A stretch of DNA of 64,000 nt from the NCBI GenBank assembly GCA_025355345.1, contig JANXZU010000032.1, positions 81 to 64,080 of the forward strand, read 5' to 3'. The DNA is from Syntrophaceae bacterium (GTDB lineage Bacteria; Desulfobacterota; Syntrophia; Syntrophales; Smithellaceae). Positions within the stretch are counted from its first letter, which is position 1. The number at the start of each line of letters is the position of its first letter. The position numbers were made by a program, and so were the translations under genes. This document shows, one piece after another, positions 11,010-19,204 of the stretch. Below the pieces are notes generated by a model. It did not search any database. It had not been told where the DNA came from and was given only the letters and a program-made list of their open reading frames with translations.

Positions 11010-11270
11010 TTATATACCCAATTTGCGAAACATATCTTTGGCGGATTTACTTTCCACGTGCCCTATACCGGCATCACTGTCACTGAAAGCCTTCAGCGTT
11101 TCTTCGTTGGGTATTTCCACAGAGAAGGGGAGCCCTCTTCTTATTTTTACCTGATGAAAAAAAAGATTCAGCGCGGCAGTGGTCGAAAGCCCCAACGTTG
11201 CAAAAATTGTTTCCACTTCTTTTTTTAATTCTATTTCCGTCCGGGCGTGTATAATTGCTGATTTTGCCAT
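11010..11270 (-). CDS. DinJ/RelB-family antitoxin
   Basis: MAKSAIIHARTEIELKKEVETIFATLGLSTTAALNLFFHQVKIRRGLPF is the ribbon-helix-helix DinJ pattern. Confidence 0.8.
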   Translation of the reverse strand: MAKSAIIHARTEIELKKEVETIFATLGLSTTAALNLFFHQVKIRRGLPFSVEIPNEETLKAFSDSDAGIGHVESKSAKDMFRKLGI

Positions 11271-11305
11271 AACTTCACCTCTTGTTACTTCATGATCGTT
11301 TAGCG

Positions 11306-11320
11306 ATATGTATCACATAT
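11306..11320. promoter_or_regulatory. perfect inverted repeat upstream of the antitoxin gene (candidate autoregulatory operator)
   Basis: ATATGT-atc-ACATAT lies 36-50 nt upstream of the dinJ-like ATG. Its function is inferred from the usual autoregulation of type II TA operons. Confidence 0.3.
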
Positions 11321-11497
11321 GACACACAGAGTCAACAGACAATTTACTGCTGGTAAGAAGCAAATAATATGTCCGGTTTATAGCACATAAACTGTCCTAT
11401 TTGATAAGTTACCTATTGGAGGTAACGGATGAAGCGGACAGAGATAATGCAGGAGAACCGGAAGATGCGATTTGAGGAAGTCTATGGAGGCCCCCAG

Positions 11498-11671
11498 TTC
11501 AGTCGAGTCTTTTCGACTCGACTGAAGAACAACAAACGCAGCAAACAACCACTAATCAAACCAGCCACCGCATAATCAAAACCGAATATTGTTGCCGGTT
11601 TAATAAACGGTCAAGTCGAAAAGACTTGACCTAACATCAGGTCAAGGGGGCCGAGTCCAAAAGACTCGGCC
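11498..11671. repeat. cluster of three REP-like hairpins
   Basis: 11498-11526 is TTCAGTCGAGTC-ttttc-GACTCGACTGAA. 11609-11631 is GGTCAAGTC-gaaaa-GACTTGACC. 11649-11671 is GGCCGAGTC-caaaa-GACTCGGCC. Confidence 0.8.
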
Positions 11672-11817
11672 TAGTATCCGAGATTGCACGATGCTGACAT
11701 AAGAGAAATGTATTCACGATAGTCACCATCATTAAAAAAAGAATCCTGACGTCTATTACCTCTTTGCGTAATATGATGAGGTATTCCGGGAACTACTATT
11801 CTTGCTATTCTGGCCAT
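11671..11817 (-). pseudogene. truncated N-terminal stub of a RayT-type (COG1943, IS200-like Y1) REP-associated transposase
   Basis: MARIARIVVPGIPHHITQRGNRRQDSFFNDGDYREYISLMSASCNLGY* matches the recalled RAYT N-terminus. The ORF stops before the HUH motif, and its TAG overlaps the last base of the REP hairpin at 11649-11671. Confidence 0.6.
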
Positions 11818-11928
11818 GGAAAATCATTGCAAAAATAATCTATATTGTCAATAATTAAGTATACTTCCCCAGATTTATATCATACTGCCGACAACTAAAA
11901 GCAAGTTCTTATCAATCAATTAATATTT

Positions 11929-12666
11929 TCAATTATTCCCGCAGCATTTTTTGTATTTCTTGCCGCTGCCGCAGGGGCAGAGATCGTTGCGGCCGGGGTT
12001 ACCCGTTTGCTGATACCCAAGCGATGCCGGTGTCGATGCGGATGGATTCATTTCTCCACGGAGTTTCTCGCCATATAATTGAATGATTTCTACGCATGAC
12101 GGCAACATATTGTAGATAGCTTCCTCCAGTTCTTCAGGATCTCTGGGCTTCTCGCCCGCCACAGACCCAAATATTTCATCCCGCTCTTCGGGCAGAGCGA
12201 TGGCGGTAATGGTGATACATGCATCGATCACATCTGCAAGAGCAGCGGGAATATCGTCTTCTTTCATATCTTCATATTCTTCGGACATTCCCCAAATATG
12301 CGGCCTTATGGATAAGGCGCGATAAAGGCCATATGCCCAGCCTTCAATCATCTCGTATTCCAAGTCTGACAGCTTTTCGTAATTAAACGGGAAGAAAAGT
12401 TTCCCGCAATTGCTGTCGTGAATTATACGGTTGTAAGCATCCATCAGATAACCGATACAAGTTTGTTCTTCTTTATCATCCTTAAATTGGGGTTCCTTAT
12501 CTAATACAACCGGCAGCCATTCGCTTGGCGTGATTGGGTCAGGTGTTATTGTCAGTCCGAAAAGAAAGCCGTGCAGCTCTTCGGGCAACATCAGTGATTC
12601 TTCTTCCTCGGCTTTATCCAAAACATATGTGAGATTTTTTTCTTCTTTTGCCGTAAACATTTTCAT
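11929..12666 (-). CDS. YecA-family protein (UPF0149 domain plus C-terminal SEC-C metal-binding motif)
   Basis: C-terminal NDLCPCGSGKKYKKCCG. The N-terminal LHGFLFGLTITPDP is typical of UPF0149. The track start is TTG (12699); ATGs are at 12666 and 12660. Confidence 0.75.
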   Translation of the reverse strand: MKMFTAKEEKNLTYVLDKAEEEESLMLPEELHGFLFGLTITPDPITPSEWLPVVLDKEPQFKDDKEEQTCIGYLMDAYNRIIHDSNCGKLFFPFNYEKLSDLEYEMIEGWAYGLYRALSIRPHIWGMSEEYEDMKEDDIPAALADVIDACITITAIALPEERDEIFGSVAGEKPRDPEELEEAIYNMLPSCVEIIQLYGEKLRGEMNPSASTPASLGYQQTGNPGRNDLCPCGSGKKYKKCCGNN

Positions 12667-12718
12667 ACTGTCACCCGTAAATATTTTTTCACTTTTCAAT
12701 CAATTAAGACTCTACTGA

Positions 12719-13759
12719 TTATTTTTTTACATTTTTTGCCTTAACATCAAAAATCTTTGCAAGTTCCCATTTCTTGCGCTTCTTCCAGCTTCCTTTGTGG
12801 TAGGCATAACTGGCTAAAAGCGGCAGCACCGTTGTAGCTTCTGCATAAACCATTTGTTCAAAAGTCGCGTCCACTTTACCCCAGGAATTGGCTTCCTTAA
12901 GTGTAGAACTGGAACAGGCACCATCGCGCACATCAGCAACGGTAATCTGCACGGCGTATTTATGCATGGGAACTTCTTTGCCTAATATCTCCGCGCAAAC
13001 AACTGTGTCCTGAGCGAAGTTTTTCGGCACGCCGCCACCAATCATCAAAAGACCTGTGGCCCCGGCCGCGATTTTAACCTGTGTCAATTCCAGAAAGTCT
13101 TTTACGGAATCAATGGAGAGGTGATTATCAGGCCTTTCGTACTGATGCAACACAAGACCGAAGCCCGCCGAGCTATCCGAAAAGGCGGGGCAGAAAATCG
13201 GCACGTTATGCTCATAGGCCACCTGCACTAAAGAATCTTTCTTCTTGGCGTGCTTTTTTAAATATTTTCCCATCTCGTAAATAAATTCGCGCGAGGAATA
13301 AGCACGGGGCTGCAAAGCATCGGCAATTATTTTAATCGTTTTATCACAGGCCTGTAGCTGCTCTTCATCAATGAAGGTATCATAAATCCGATCCACATAA
13401 AGTTTGCGCAGCAATTTATCATCAACAAAAGGAGTGCCTTGATAATGCTTGAAGCCGAGAGCCTCAAAAAAATCCATATCTACAATTGACGCGCCAGTGG
13501 CGACAATGGCATCAACCATATTATTTTTTACCATATCCACATAAACCTGCATGCAACCGCCGGCTGATGTGGAACCGGCCAAAGTTAAAATAACGGCGCA
13601 TTTTTTTTCTTTGAGCATCTTGTCATAGATATCAGCAGCATTGCCCAGATCGCGCGCCGAAAAAGACATCTTCTTCATGGCGTTGATAATATCAACCGCG
13701 TCAATTGCCTTAATATCAATATGTTCAACTGCTTTGTTCAATAAATCTTTTTTCTTCAT
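12719..13759 (-). CDS. deoxyhypusine synthase-family (aminobutyl transferase) protein
   Basis: LTLAGSTSAGG..., IGGGVPKNFAQD and ...ANSWGKVD match the DHS fold motifs. Confidence 0.8.
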   Translation of the reverse strand: MKKKDLLNKAVEHIDIKAIDAVDIINAMKKMSFSARDLGNAADIYDKMLKEKKCAVILTLAGSTSAGGCMQVYVDMVKNNMVDAIVATGASIVDMDFFEALGFKHYQGTPFVDDKLLRKLYVDRIYDTFIDEEQLQACDKTIKIIADALQPRAYSSREFIYEMGKYLKKHAKKKDSLVQVAYEHNVPIFCPAFSDSSAGFGLVLHQYERPDNHLSIDSVKDFLELTQVKIAAGATGLLMIGGGVPKNFAQDTVVCAEILGKEVPMHKYAVQITVADVRDGACSSSTLKEANSWGKVDATFEQMVYAEATTVLPLLASYAYHKGSWKKRKKWELAKIFDVKAKNVKK

Positions 13760-13975
13760 CGCTTTGTCACTCCCCCGGAATTAATATTTATATTTTCAAA
13801 TGTGCAAACCTTACTGAGGGCTGCATCCTTGTGATACCTTTTAAAGCATGGCTCAACAAAAGTCAATCTCTTGAATGTTTTGTGCTGGCATTAATTTGCT
13901 AACCCGATCCAGCTAAAACAGGGGACAACAAAGATAGCGCTTTGATTTAGAATTGGAATTAGGTATAAGTTAAGT

Positions 13976-15496
13976 ATGGATACATTTACTTTAGCCGCCA
14001 CCAGTTTCATCATTTCCCTTTCCCTGCTGCTTACCGGAAAGAAAGATGAATTACAGGAATCATTTGCCTGTTTTTGCATTGCTGTTTTTATTTCGCAAAC
14101 AGGTGTTTTTTTCCAGAACGTCTTTGCCCCGGCATTTTGGCTAAATATCGAGCATACCGGAATTCTGGCGATTCCTCCGCTTGCTCTTTGGTTCTTCCTT
14201 AAGCTTACCCACAACAAAACTTTCCTTTCCAGAAGGATAGTTTTTTTTTCTGCCGGAATTAGTTTGCTGGGTATAATTTCCATTTTCACCCCGATTTCCA
14301 ACTGGGCATATTTTCATCTCACTATAATTGCCTATGCCTTCATGGCTATATTATTCTGCTACATCGCCTTGTTGAACCATGTAAAAAAATTACCTCCCAG
14401 CACAGAAAAAAAGAGGCTTAGCTATCTTGTTTTTGCCTGTCTGCTTGCTGTGGCCGGGAGCAGTATTGATCTATCAGGTTATCTGGGCTTCAATTTATCA
14501 AAGATTGCCGGTTTGATTTTATCAGCTTTGCTTTATCTGATTTTGCTAATAATTGCTTATCCGCAACTTAATAAATTGCATGATTTTTTCGCCAGGGCTC
14601 TGATAATTTTTATCAGCACTTTAACCGGAACAATAATCTTTTATTTTGTGGCTCTATTTTTCAGCAACAGCGTGCCTTCTTTCACCATCACGCTGATGAC
14701 ATCATTTTTAATAGTTATATCTCTGACGCCTACAAAGATGATTTTAAAAAAAATGTTTAGCTTCTTTTATCCGGACAGCAGGTATGTATTTACTTCCCTT
14801 TACGAATTTGATGAAAAGCTGGAAAGCGAAAAAGCCCTGATGCTGGCGGAGATGGCGCCGGTATTTGCCCATGAAATCCGCAATCCGCTTGGTTCTATCA
14901 AAGGCGCGGCACAGTACTTAAAATCTGAAGCATCCACGGAAGAGCAGCAAAAACTATTTGATGTGATCATTGAAGAAGTAAACAGACTCAATGCCGTTGT
15001 CAGTCAGTTTCTTGATTATGCGCGACCTTACAAACTAAAGCTTGAATTTCAAAACATCAACATCATTATTCAAAAGGTGATTTCTGTAATTGCCGCCAAC
15101 AGGCTCACTGAAAACATTACTATTGCCCGTGAGCTTAGTGAGGATATACCGGAAGTTGAAGTCGATGAACAACAGATACTACAGGTTATTTTAAATATCG
15201 CCCTTAATGCGATTGAATCAATGCCACAAGGCGGCAGCTTAACCTTTCGAACATCAAAAATTGAAACTATCACGGGAGAAGCCATCAGCATCACGATTCG
15301 TGATACAGGAAGCGGCATAAGTCCAAAAGAAATTAAAAACATTTTTAAACCTTTTTTTACAACTAAAGAAAGAGGTGCCGGGCTGGGACTGGCTATATGC
15401 CATAGAATAATCAAAGAGCATGGCGGAAACATCACGGCGAAATCAATCCCCTCAAAAGGCAGTGTATTTTTCATCAGACTCAACAAAGCGGCCTAA
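13976..15496 (+). CDS. membrane sensor histidine kinase
   Basis: About 8 predicted TM helices, then H-box FAHEIRNPLGSI, N-box NIALNAIESM, and G-boxes RDTGSGI and GAGLGLAICHRI. Confidence 0.9.
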   Translation: MDTFTLAATSFIISLSLLLTGKKDELQESFACFCIAVFISQTGVFFQNVFAPAFWLNIEHTGILAIPPLALWFFLKLTHNKTFLSRRIVFFSAGISLLGIISIFTPISNWAYFHLTIIAYAFMAILFCYIALLNHVKKLPPSTEKKRLSYLVFACLLAVAGSSIDLSGYLGFNLSKIAGLILSALLYLILLIIAYPQLNKLHDFFARALIIFISTLTGTIIFYFVALFFSNSVPSFTITLMTSFLIVISLTPTKMILKKMFSFFYPDSRYVFTSLYEFDEKLESEKALMLAEMAPVFAHEIRNPLGSIKGAAQYLKSEASTEEQQKLFDVIIEEVNRLNAVVSQFLDYARPYKLKLEFQNINIIIQKVISVIAANRLTENITIARELSEDIPEVEVDEQQILQVILNIALNAIESMPQGGSLTFRTSKIETITGEAISITIRDTGSGISPKEIKNIFKPFFTTKERGAGLGLAICHRIIKEHGGNITAKSIPSKGSVFFIRLNKAA

Positions 15497-15600
15497 ATAC
15501 TAAACGCAATCCAACTTGATTTATTTGCCAAGGCGTAATAGTTATCAACCACCACGGGTATGAAGCCAAAATAAGCTACTGGGTGGTTCCTACAATAGTC

Positions 15601-15801
15601 CCACGTCGCTTCGCTTCCGGGATAGTTCCCTTGCCTGTGGCAGGATAGTTCGACTGACCAATTCTGATGCGCTGCGCTTTCATAATTGAAGTCTCACTAC
15701 GTCCAGCAAATTTCAGTCGTAGATGACCCCATGGTGACCTTTAGGTTATTTAGGTTATGCGCTACGCTTCTGAAACCTGGGACTCACTAAATTGGAGTTT
15801 C
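15601..15801 (+). repeat. composite of repeat R1 (copy 4), repeat Y and a second GCGCTACGCTT...GGAGTTTCAC module
   Basis: 15601-15717 aligns to the reverse complement of 8449-8572. 15716-15757 (GTCGTAGATGACCCCATGGTGACCTTTAGGTTATTTAGGTTA) recurs inverted at 30821-30870. The last module supplies the GGAG 8 nt before the response-regulator ATG. Confidence 0.75.
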
Positions 15802-15804
15802 ACA

Positions 15805-17169
15805 ATGAACAAAATATTAATAGTAGATGATGAAATAAATATGCGGCTGGTATTGACTGCCATGCTGAAGAAAGAAGGATATGAAGTTGCTTCCGCCTCT
15901 GATGGACAGGAGGCGCTGCAAATTTTGCAATCTGGCAAAATAGCGGCAGTAGTGACCGATCTGAAGATGCCTAATATTGACGGGATGGAGCTGCTCAACC
16001 ACATCACTTCGAAGCACCCGGCAATTCCCGTAATTATGATTACAGCTCACGGCACTGTTGCCACCGCCGTTGAAGCCCTCAAGAAAGGTGCTCTGGACTA
16101 TATTACCAAGCCGTTTGAGCTTGATGACTTGAAAAATGTTATTGCTAAAGCAATAAAAACCCGCAATTTAAAAGAAAATGAATTGTTTTTACCGCCGGAA
16201 GAAATTGAACGCACAGGAATTATCGGCACAAGCGAACGAACACTGGAAATATTTGAAGCCATCCGGCGAGTGGCTCCAACAACAACAACAATTATGATCA
16301 ACGGGGAAACCGGTACCGGCAAGGAGCTGGTTGCCGAAGCAATTCATTACAACTCTCCGCGCAAAAATAATCCCCTCATCAAAATCAATTGCGCCGCCAT
16401 TGCCGAAACGCTTATGGAAAGCGAGCTTTTTGGTTATGAAAAAGGCGCCTATACCGGTGCAGTAATCACCAAGCCGGGGAAATTTGAACTGGCGCACAAA
16501 GGAACCTTATTTCTTGACGAGGTTAGTGAAATTCCGCGCGATATGCAGGTAAAGCTACTGCGGGTTATTCAGGAACAGGAATTTGAACGCGTCGGCGGAT
16601 TGCGGACGATAAAAGTGGACGTACGAATTATTACCGCCACCAATCAAAACCTTCTGCAGCAAGTTCAGACAGGTAATTTCCGCGAAGATCTTTACTATCG
16701 ACTGAACGTCTTTCCCCTTGAAGTTCCGCCACTAAGGGAAAGAAAAGAAGATATTTTGCCTCTGGTTGATTATTTTGTAGATAAATTTAACAAAAAGCTA
16801 AACCTCGCGATAACTGTTGAAAGCGAAGTAATAGAAATGCTCTTGCGCTATGAGTGGCCGGGCAATATTCGTGAATTGGAAAACCTGATCGAAAGAATGA
16901 TGCTACTCGCCCCAAATAATATCATCACCCTGAAGGAGATCCCCGTAGAATTCAAAACCGCCGTGGATAAGGCAATCACTACACAAACGGACGACAGCAA
17001 AAAACCTTTTAAGGATTTTATGCGTAGCCACATGGAAAATGTGGAAAGGCAAATGATTATCAAATGCCTGGAGGAATCAGGAGGGAATGTTACCAAAGCA
17101 GCCAGGGAATCGGGATTGAGCCGTAAGGGATTGCAGATGAAAATGATCAAATACGGCCTGCGTAAATAA
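15805..17169 (+). CDS. sigma-54-dependent response regulator (NtrC family)
   Basis: REC domain (ILIVDDE...VVTDLKMP), AAA+ domain (GETGTGKE, ESELFGYEKGAYTGA, GNIRELEN) and a C-terminal Fis-type HTH. The track start (15757) lies inside the repeat; the ATG at 15805 follows GGAG. Confidence 0.9.
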   Translation: MNKILIVDDEINMRLVLTAMLKKEGYEVASASDGQEALQILQSGKIAAVVTDLKMPNIDGMELLNHITSKHPAIPVIMITAHGTVATAVEALKKGALDYITKPFELDDLKNVIAKAIKTRNLKENELFLPPEEIERTGIIGTSERTLEIFEAIRRVAPTTTTIMINGETGTGKELVAEAIHYNSPRKNNPLIKINCAAIAETLMESELFGYEKGAYTGAVITKPGKFELAHKGTLFLDEVSEIPRDMQVKLLRVIQEQEFERVGGLRTIKVDVRIITATNQNLLQQVQTGNFREDLYYRLNVFPLEVPPLRERKEDILPLVDYFVDKFNKKLNLAITVESEVIEMLLRYEWPGNIRELENLIERMMLLAPNNIITLKEIPVEFKTAVDKAITTQTDDSKKPFKDFMRSHMENVERQMIIKCLEESGGNVTKAARESGLSRKGLQMKMIKYGLRK

Positions 17170-17195
17170 TTAAACACTATCCATATCTAAACTTT

Positions 17196-18179
17196 TTAGC
17201 GGTTTATTTCCACCAGATTTGCAGATGACCCATGACTTTCTGTTTCGAGATACGGGAATATTTCACAGAAGGCTGTCACTACTTGAGGATCAAAATGACT
17301 ACCGGAATTATCTATTATCTCCTGCCTTCCTTTCAGTGTGCTGAAGGCTTTGCGATAGGGACGATCGGTCGTTAACGCGTCATAAACATCCGCTACGGCA
17401 ATAATCCTTGCCCCCAGCGGTATTTCATCACTTGCGGCTTTATAATAACCGCTGCCATCATACTTATCATGATGGTGCAAAATAATCGGCAAAATATCTC
17501 CTACTGTTTCACCAAGAGGCTTAAGCATATTTACACCAAGCCATGCGTGCTGCTTAACATTTATTCGCTCCTGCGTCGTGAGAACTGTAACCTTTTGGAG
17601 AATAGCTTCGCTTACACCGATTTTTCCGAGATCGTGCAGAAGAGATGCAACCCTTATATTCTCAGTTTCAAATTTATTAAGTTTCATTCTTTTTGCGATC
17701 ATTTCGGCTATGATGGAAACACGGTGAGAGTGGCTCTGTGTATAATTATCTGCCGATTCAATAACCAGAGAAAGCATATCGATGATGCCGCTGTAAGTTC
17801 GTTGCAATTCATTTTTGGATTCTTCATTTTTTTCATAGAGGATACCTATACAATAGCCTGTGAAGATCAGAAAAAGCCCCCATGTAATCAGGTCCATCCA
17901 CTTGAGTAATTGAGCTTCTCCCAACATTTCAACAGCAAAAGTTTTAGGAAAAAAATAAGCGAAAAAGCAGATGATAGAAACTGAAAATATAGATGAAATT
18001 ACGGCGTAGCGCTTGCCGAAGAAATACGCGCCCAAAAGCACCGGCAGATAGAACACATTCAAAAATGCCCGCTGATTAATAATAAAAAAGAAAATAAAAC
18101 AAGCGATGGCAACAAGCAACAGTATAATAATCAGCTCTTTGTCGATGTTAATTTCGTTTTTGAGCGCTATTTTTTTCAA
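17196..18179 (-). CDS. membrane-anchored HD-GYP domain protein (probable c-di-GMP phosphodiesterase)
   Basis: N-terminal TM helices plus HSHRV, LLHDLGKIGV and HHHDKYDGSGYY motifs. Confidence 0.85.
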   Translation of the reverse strand: MKKIALKNEINIDKELIIILLLVAIACFIFFFIINQRAFLNVFYLPVLLGAYFFGKRYAVISSIFSVSIICFFAYFFPKTFAVEMLGEAQLLKWMDLITWGLFLIFTGYCIGILYEKNEESKNELQRTYSGIIDMLSLVIESADNYTQSHSHRVSIIAEMIAKRMKLNKFETENIRVASLLHDLGKIGVSEAILQKVTVLTTQERINVKQHAWLGVNMLKPLGETVGDILPIILHHHDKYDGSGYYKAASDEIPLGARIIAVADVYDALTTDRPYRKAFSTLKGRQEIIDNSGSHFDPQVVTAFCEIFPYLETESHGSSANLVEINR

Positions 18180-18295
18180 TTAGATACCCACCACTACCGC
18201 GAATTGCGGCTTTTTTATTTAGCCATGCTTTATTCGGCGGGAATCTATATGTTAATTGTTTTTGCCTGTCAACAAATTGTTGCGGCTCCTGATAT

Positions 18296-19189
18296 TTACG
18301 GCAGCCGCCCTTCCTGCCTTAGCCTTGAAATGATTTGATTAATGGCCGGCATAACTTCTTCTGCGGCCTTTTCACCTTCCATAATAGCTTCGTGCCTTTT
18401 GGCAAAATCACTGGAACCGATATAGCCCACCTTGGGCCTGATTACAACATCAGCGTTTTTTATTTGAATGGAAGCTATCTTGTTATACATTATATCGATT
18501 GCCCGCATCATTGTTTCGATTGTTCCTGTTGGAGGCGCTGATTCTATACTTGCGGATATATCAACGGCGATGACCACATCGGCACCATAACGGCGTGCCA
18601 CATCAATTGCCAGAGGGCTGACCAACCCGCCATCCACGTAATATTTATCGCTGATAACTACAGGATTGAAAATCCCGGGAATAGAACAGCTGGCGCGCAC
18701 GGCGATGCCGGTGTTCCCGCGGCCGAAAACCATTTCCTCTCCGGTTTTGATATTTGTCGCAACCGCGTAAAAAGGAATTTTGAATTTATCTATTGTTGTA
18801 TATTTTACTTTAGTATTGATGAAGTTTTCGAGTTTTTCTCCTTTAACAAAACCGTTATCCGGCATAATATAGTCGGCAACATCATCTTTCTGGATAGCAA
18901 GGGCTATAGTTTGCAGTTCATATGGATTATATCCGTAAGCGTATAAGCTGCCGACAAAGGAACCGGCACTGGTGCCGATGATCATGGAAATGGGAATCTT
19001 GTGTGATTCAAGAACCTTGAGTACGCCGATATGCGCAAAACCCTTGGAAGCACCTGCTCCCAACACAACTGCTATCTGAGCCGGTTTGCCATCTTTTGGC
19101 ATCGTAGCGCAGGAAACAAGCATGTTTAATACTGCCAGAATGCTGATCAGATAAAATGTTCGAAATAACCGGTTATATGGAAACCGCAT
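18296..19189 (-). CDS. patatin-like phospholipase, lipoprotein
   Basis: Lipobox LVSCAT, GAGASKGFAHIGV oxyanion loop, GTSAGS nucleophile and DGGL Asp dyad. Confidence 0.85.
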   Translation of the reverse strand: MRFPYNRLFRTFYLISILAVLNMLVSCATMPKDGKPAQIAVVLGAGASKGFAHIGVLKVLESHKIPISMIIGTSAGSFVGSLYAYGYNPYELQTIALAIQKDDVADYIMPDNGFVKGEKLENFINTKVKYTTIDKFKIPFYAVATNIKTGEEMVFGRGNTGIAVRASCSIPGIFNPVVISDKYYVDGGLVSPLAIDVARRYGADVVIAVDISASIESAPPTGTIETMMRAIDIMYNKIASIQIKNADVVIRPKVGYIGSSDFAKRHEAIMEGEKAAEEVMPAINQIISRLRQEGRLP

Positions 19190-19204
19190 AAATCTTTTTC
19201 CCCT

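Noticed and set aside
10476-11671. The cluster of short repeats was considered as a possible CRISPR array.
   Set aside because: The units are self-complementary hairpins in both orientations with irregular spacing (25-85 nt and a 950-nt gap). There is no constant-length spacer pattern and no cas genes. A REP-type interpretation fits better.
13886-13900. Sigma-54-like promoter TGGCATTAATTTGCT about 75 nt upstream of the histidine-kinase gene.
   Set aside because: The GG-to-GC spacing is one nucleotide shorter than the strict -24/-12 consensus (TGGCAC-N5-TTGC). I could not find a correctly spaced site elsewhere by eye.
18198-18218. Hairpin CCGCGAATTGCGG followed by a T run on the plus strand, which looks like a terminator.
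   Set aside because: Both neighbouring genes are on the minus strand. The U-tract is therefore on the wrong strand for either gene, and no plus-strand transcript is evident to terminate.
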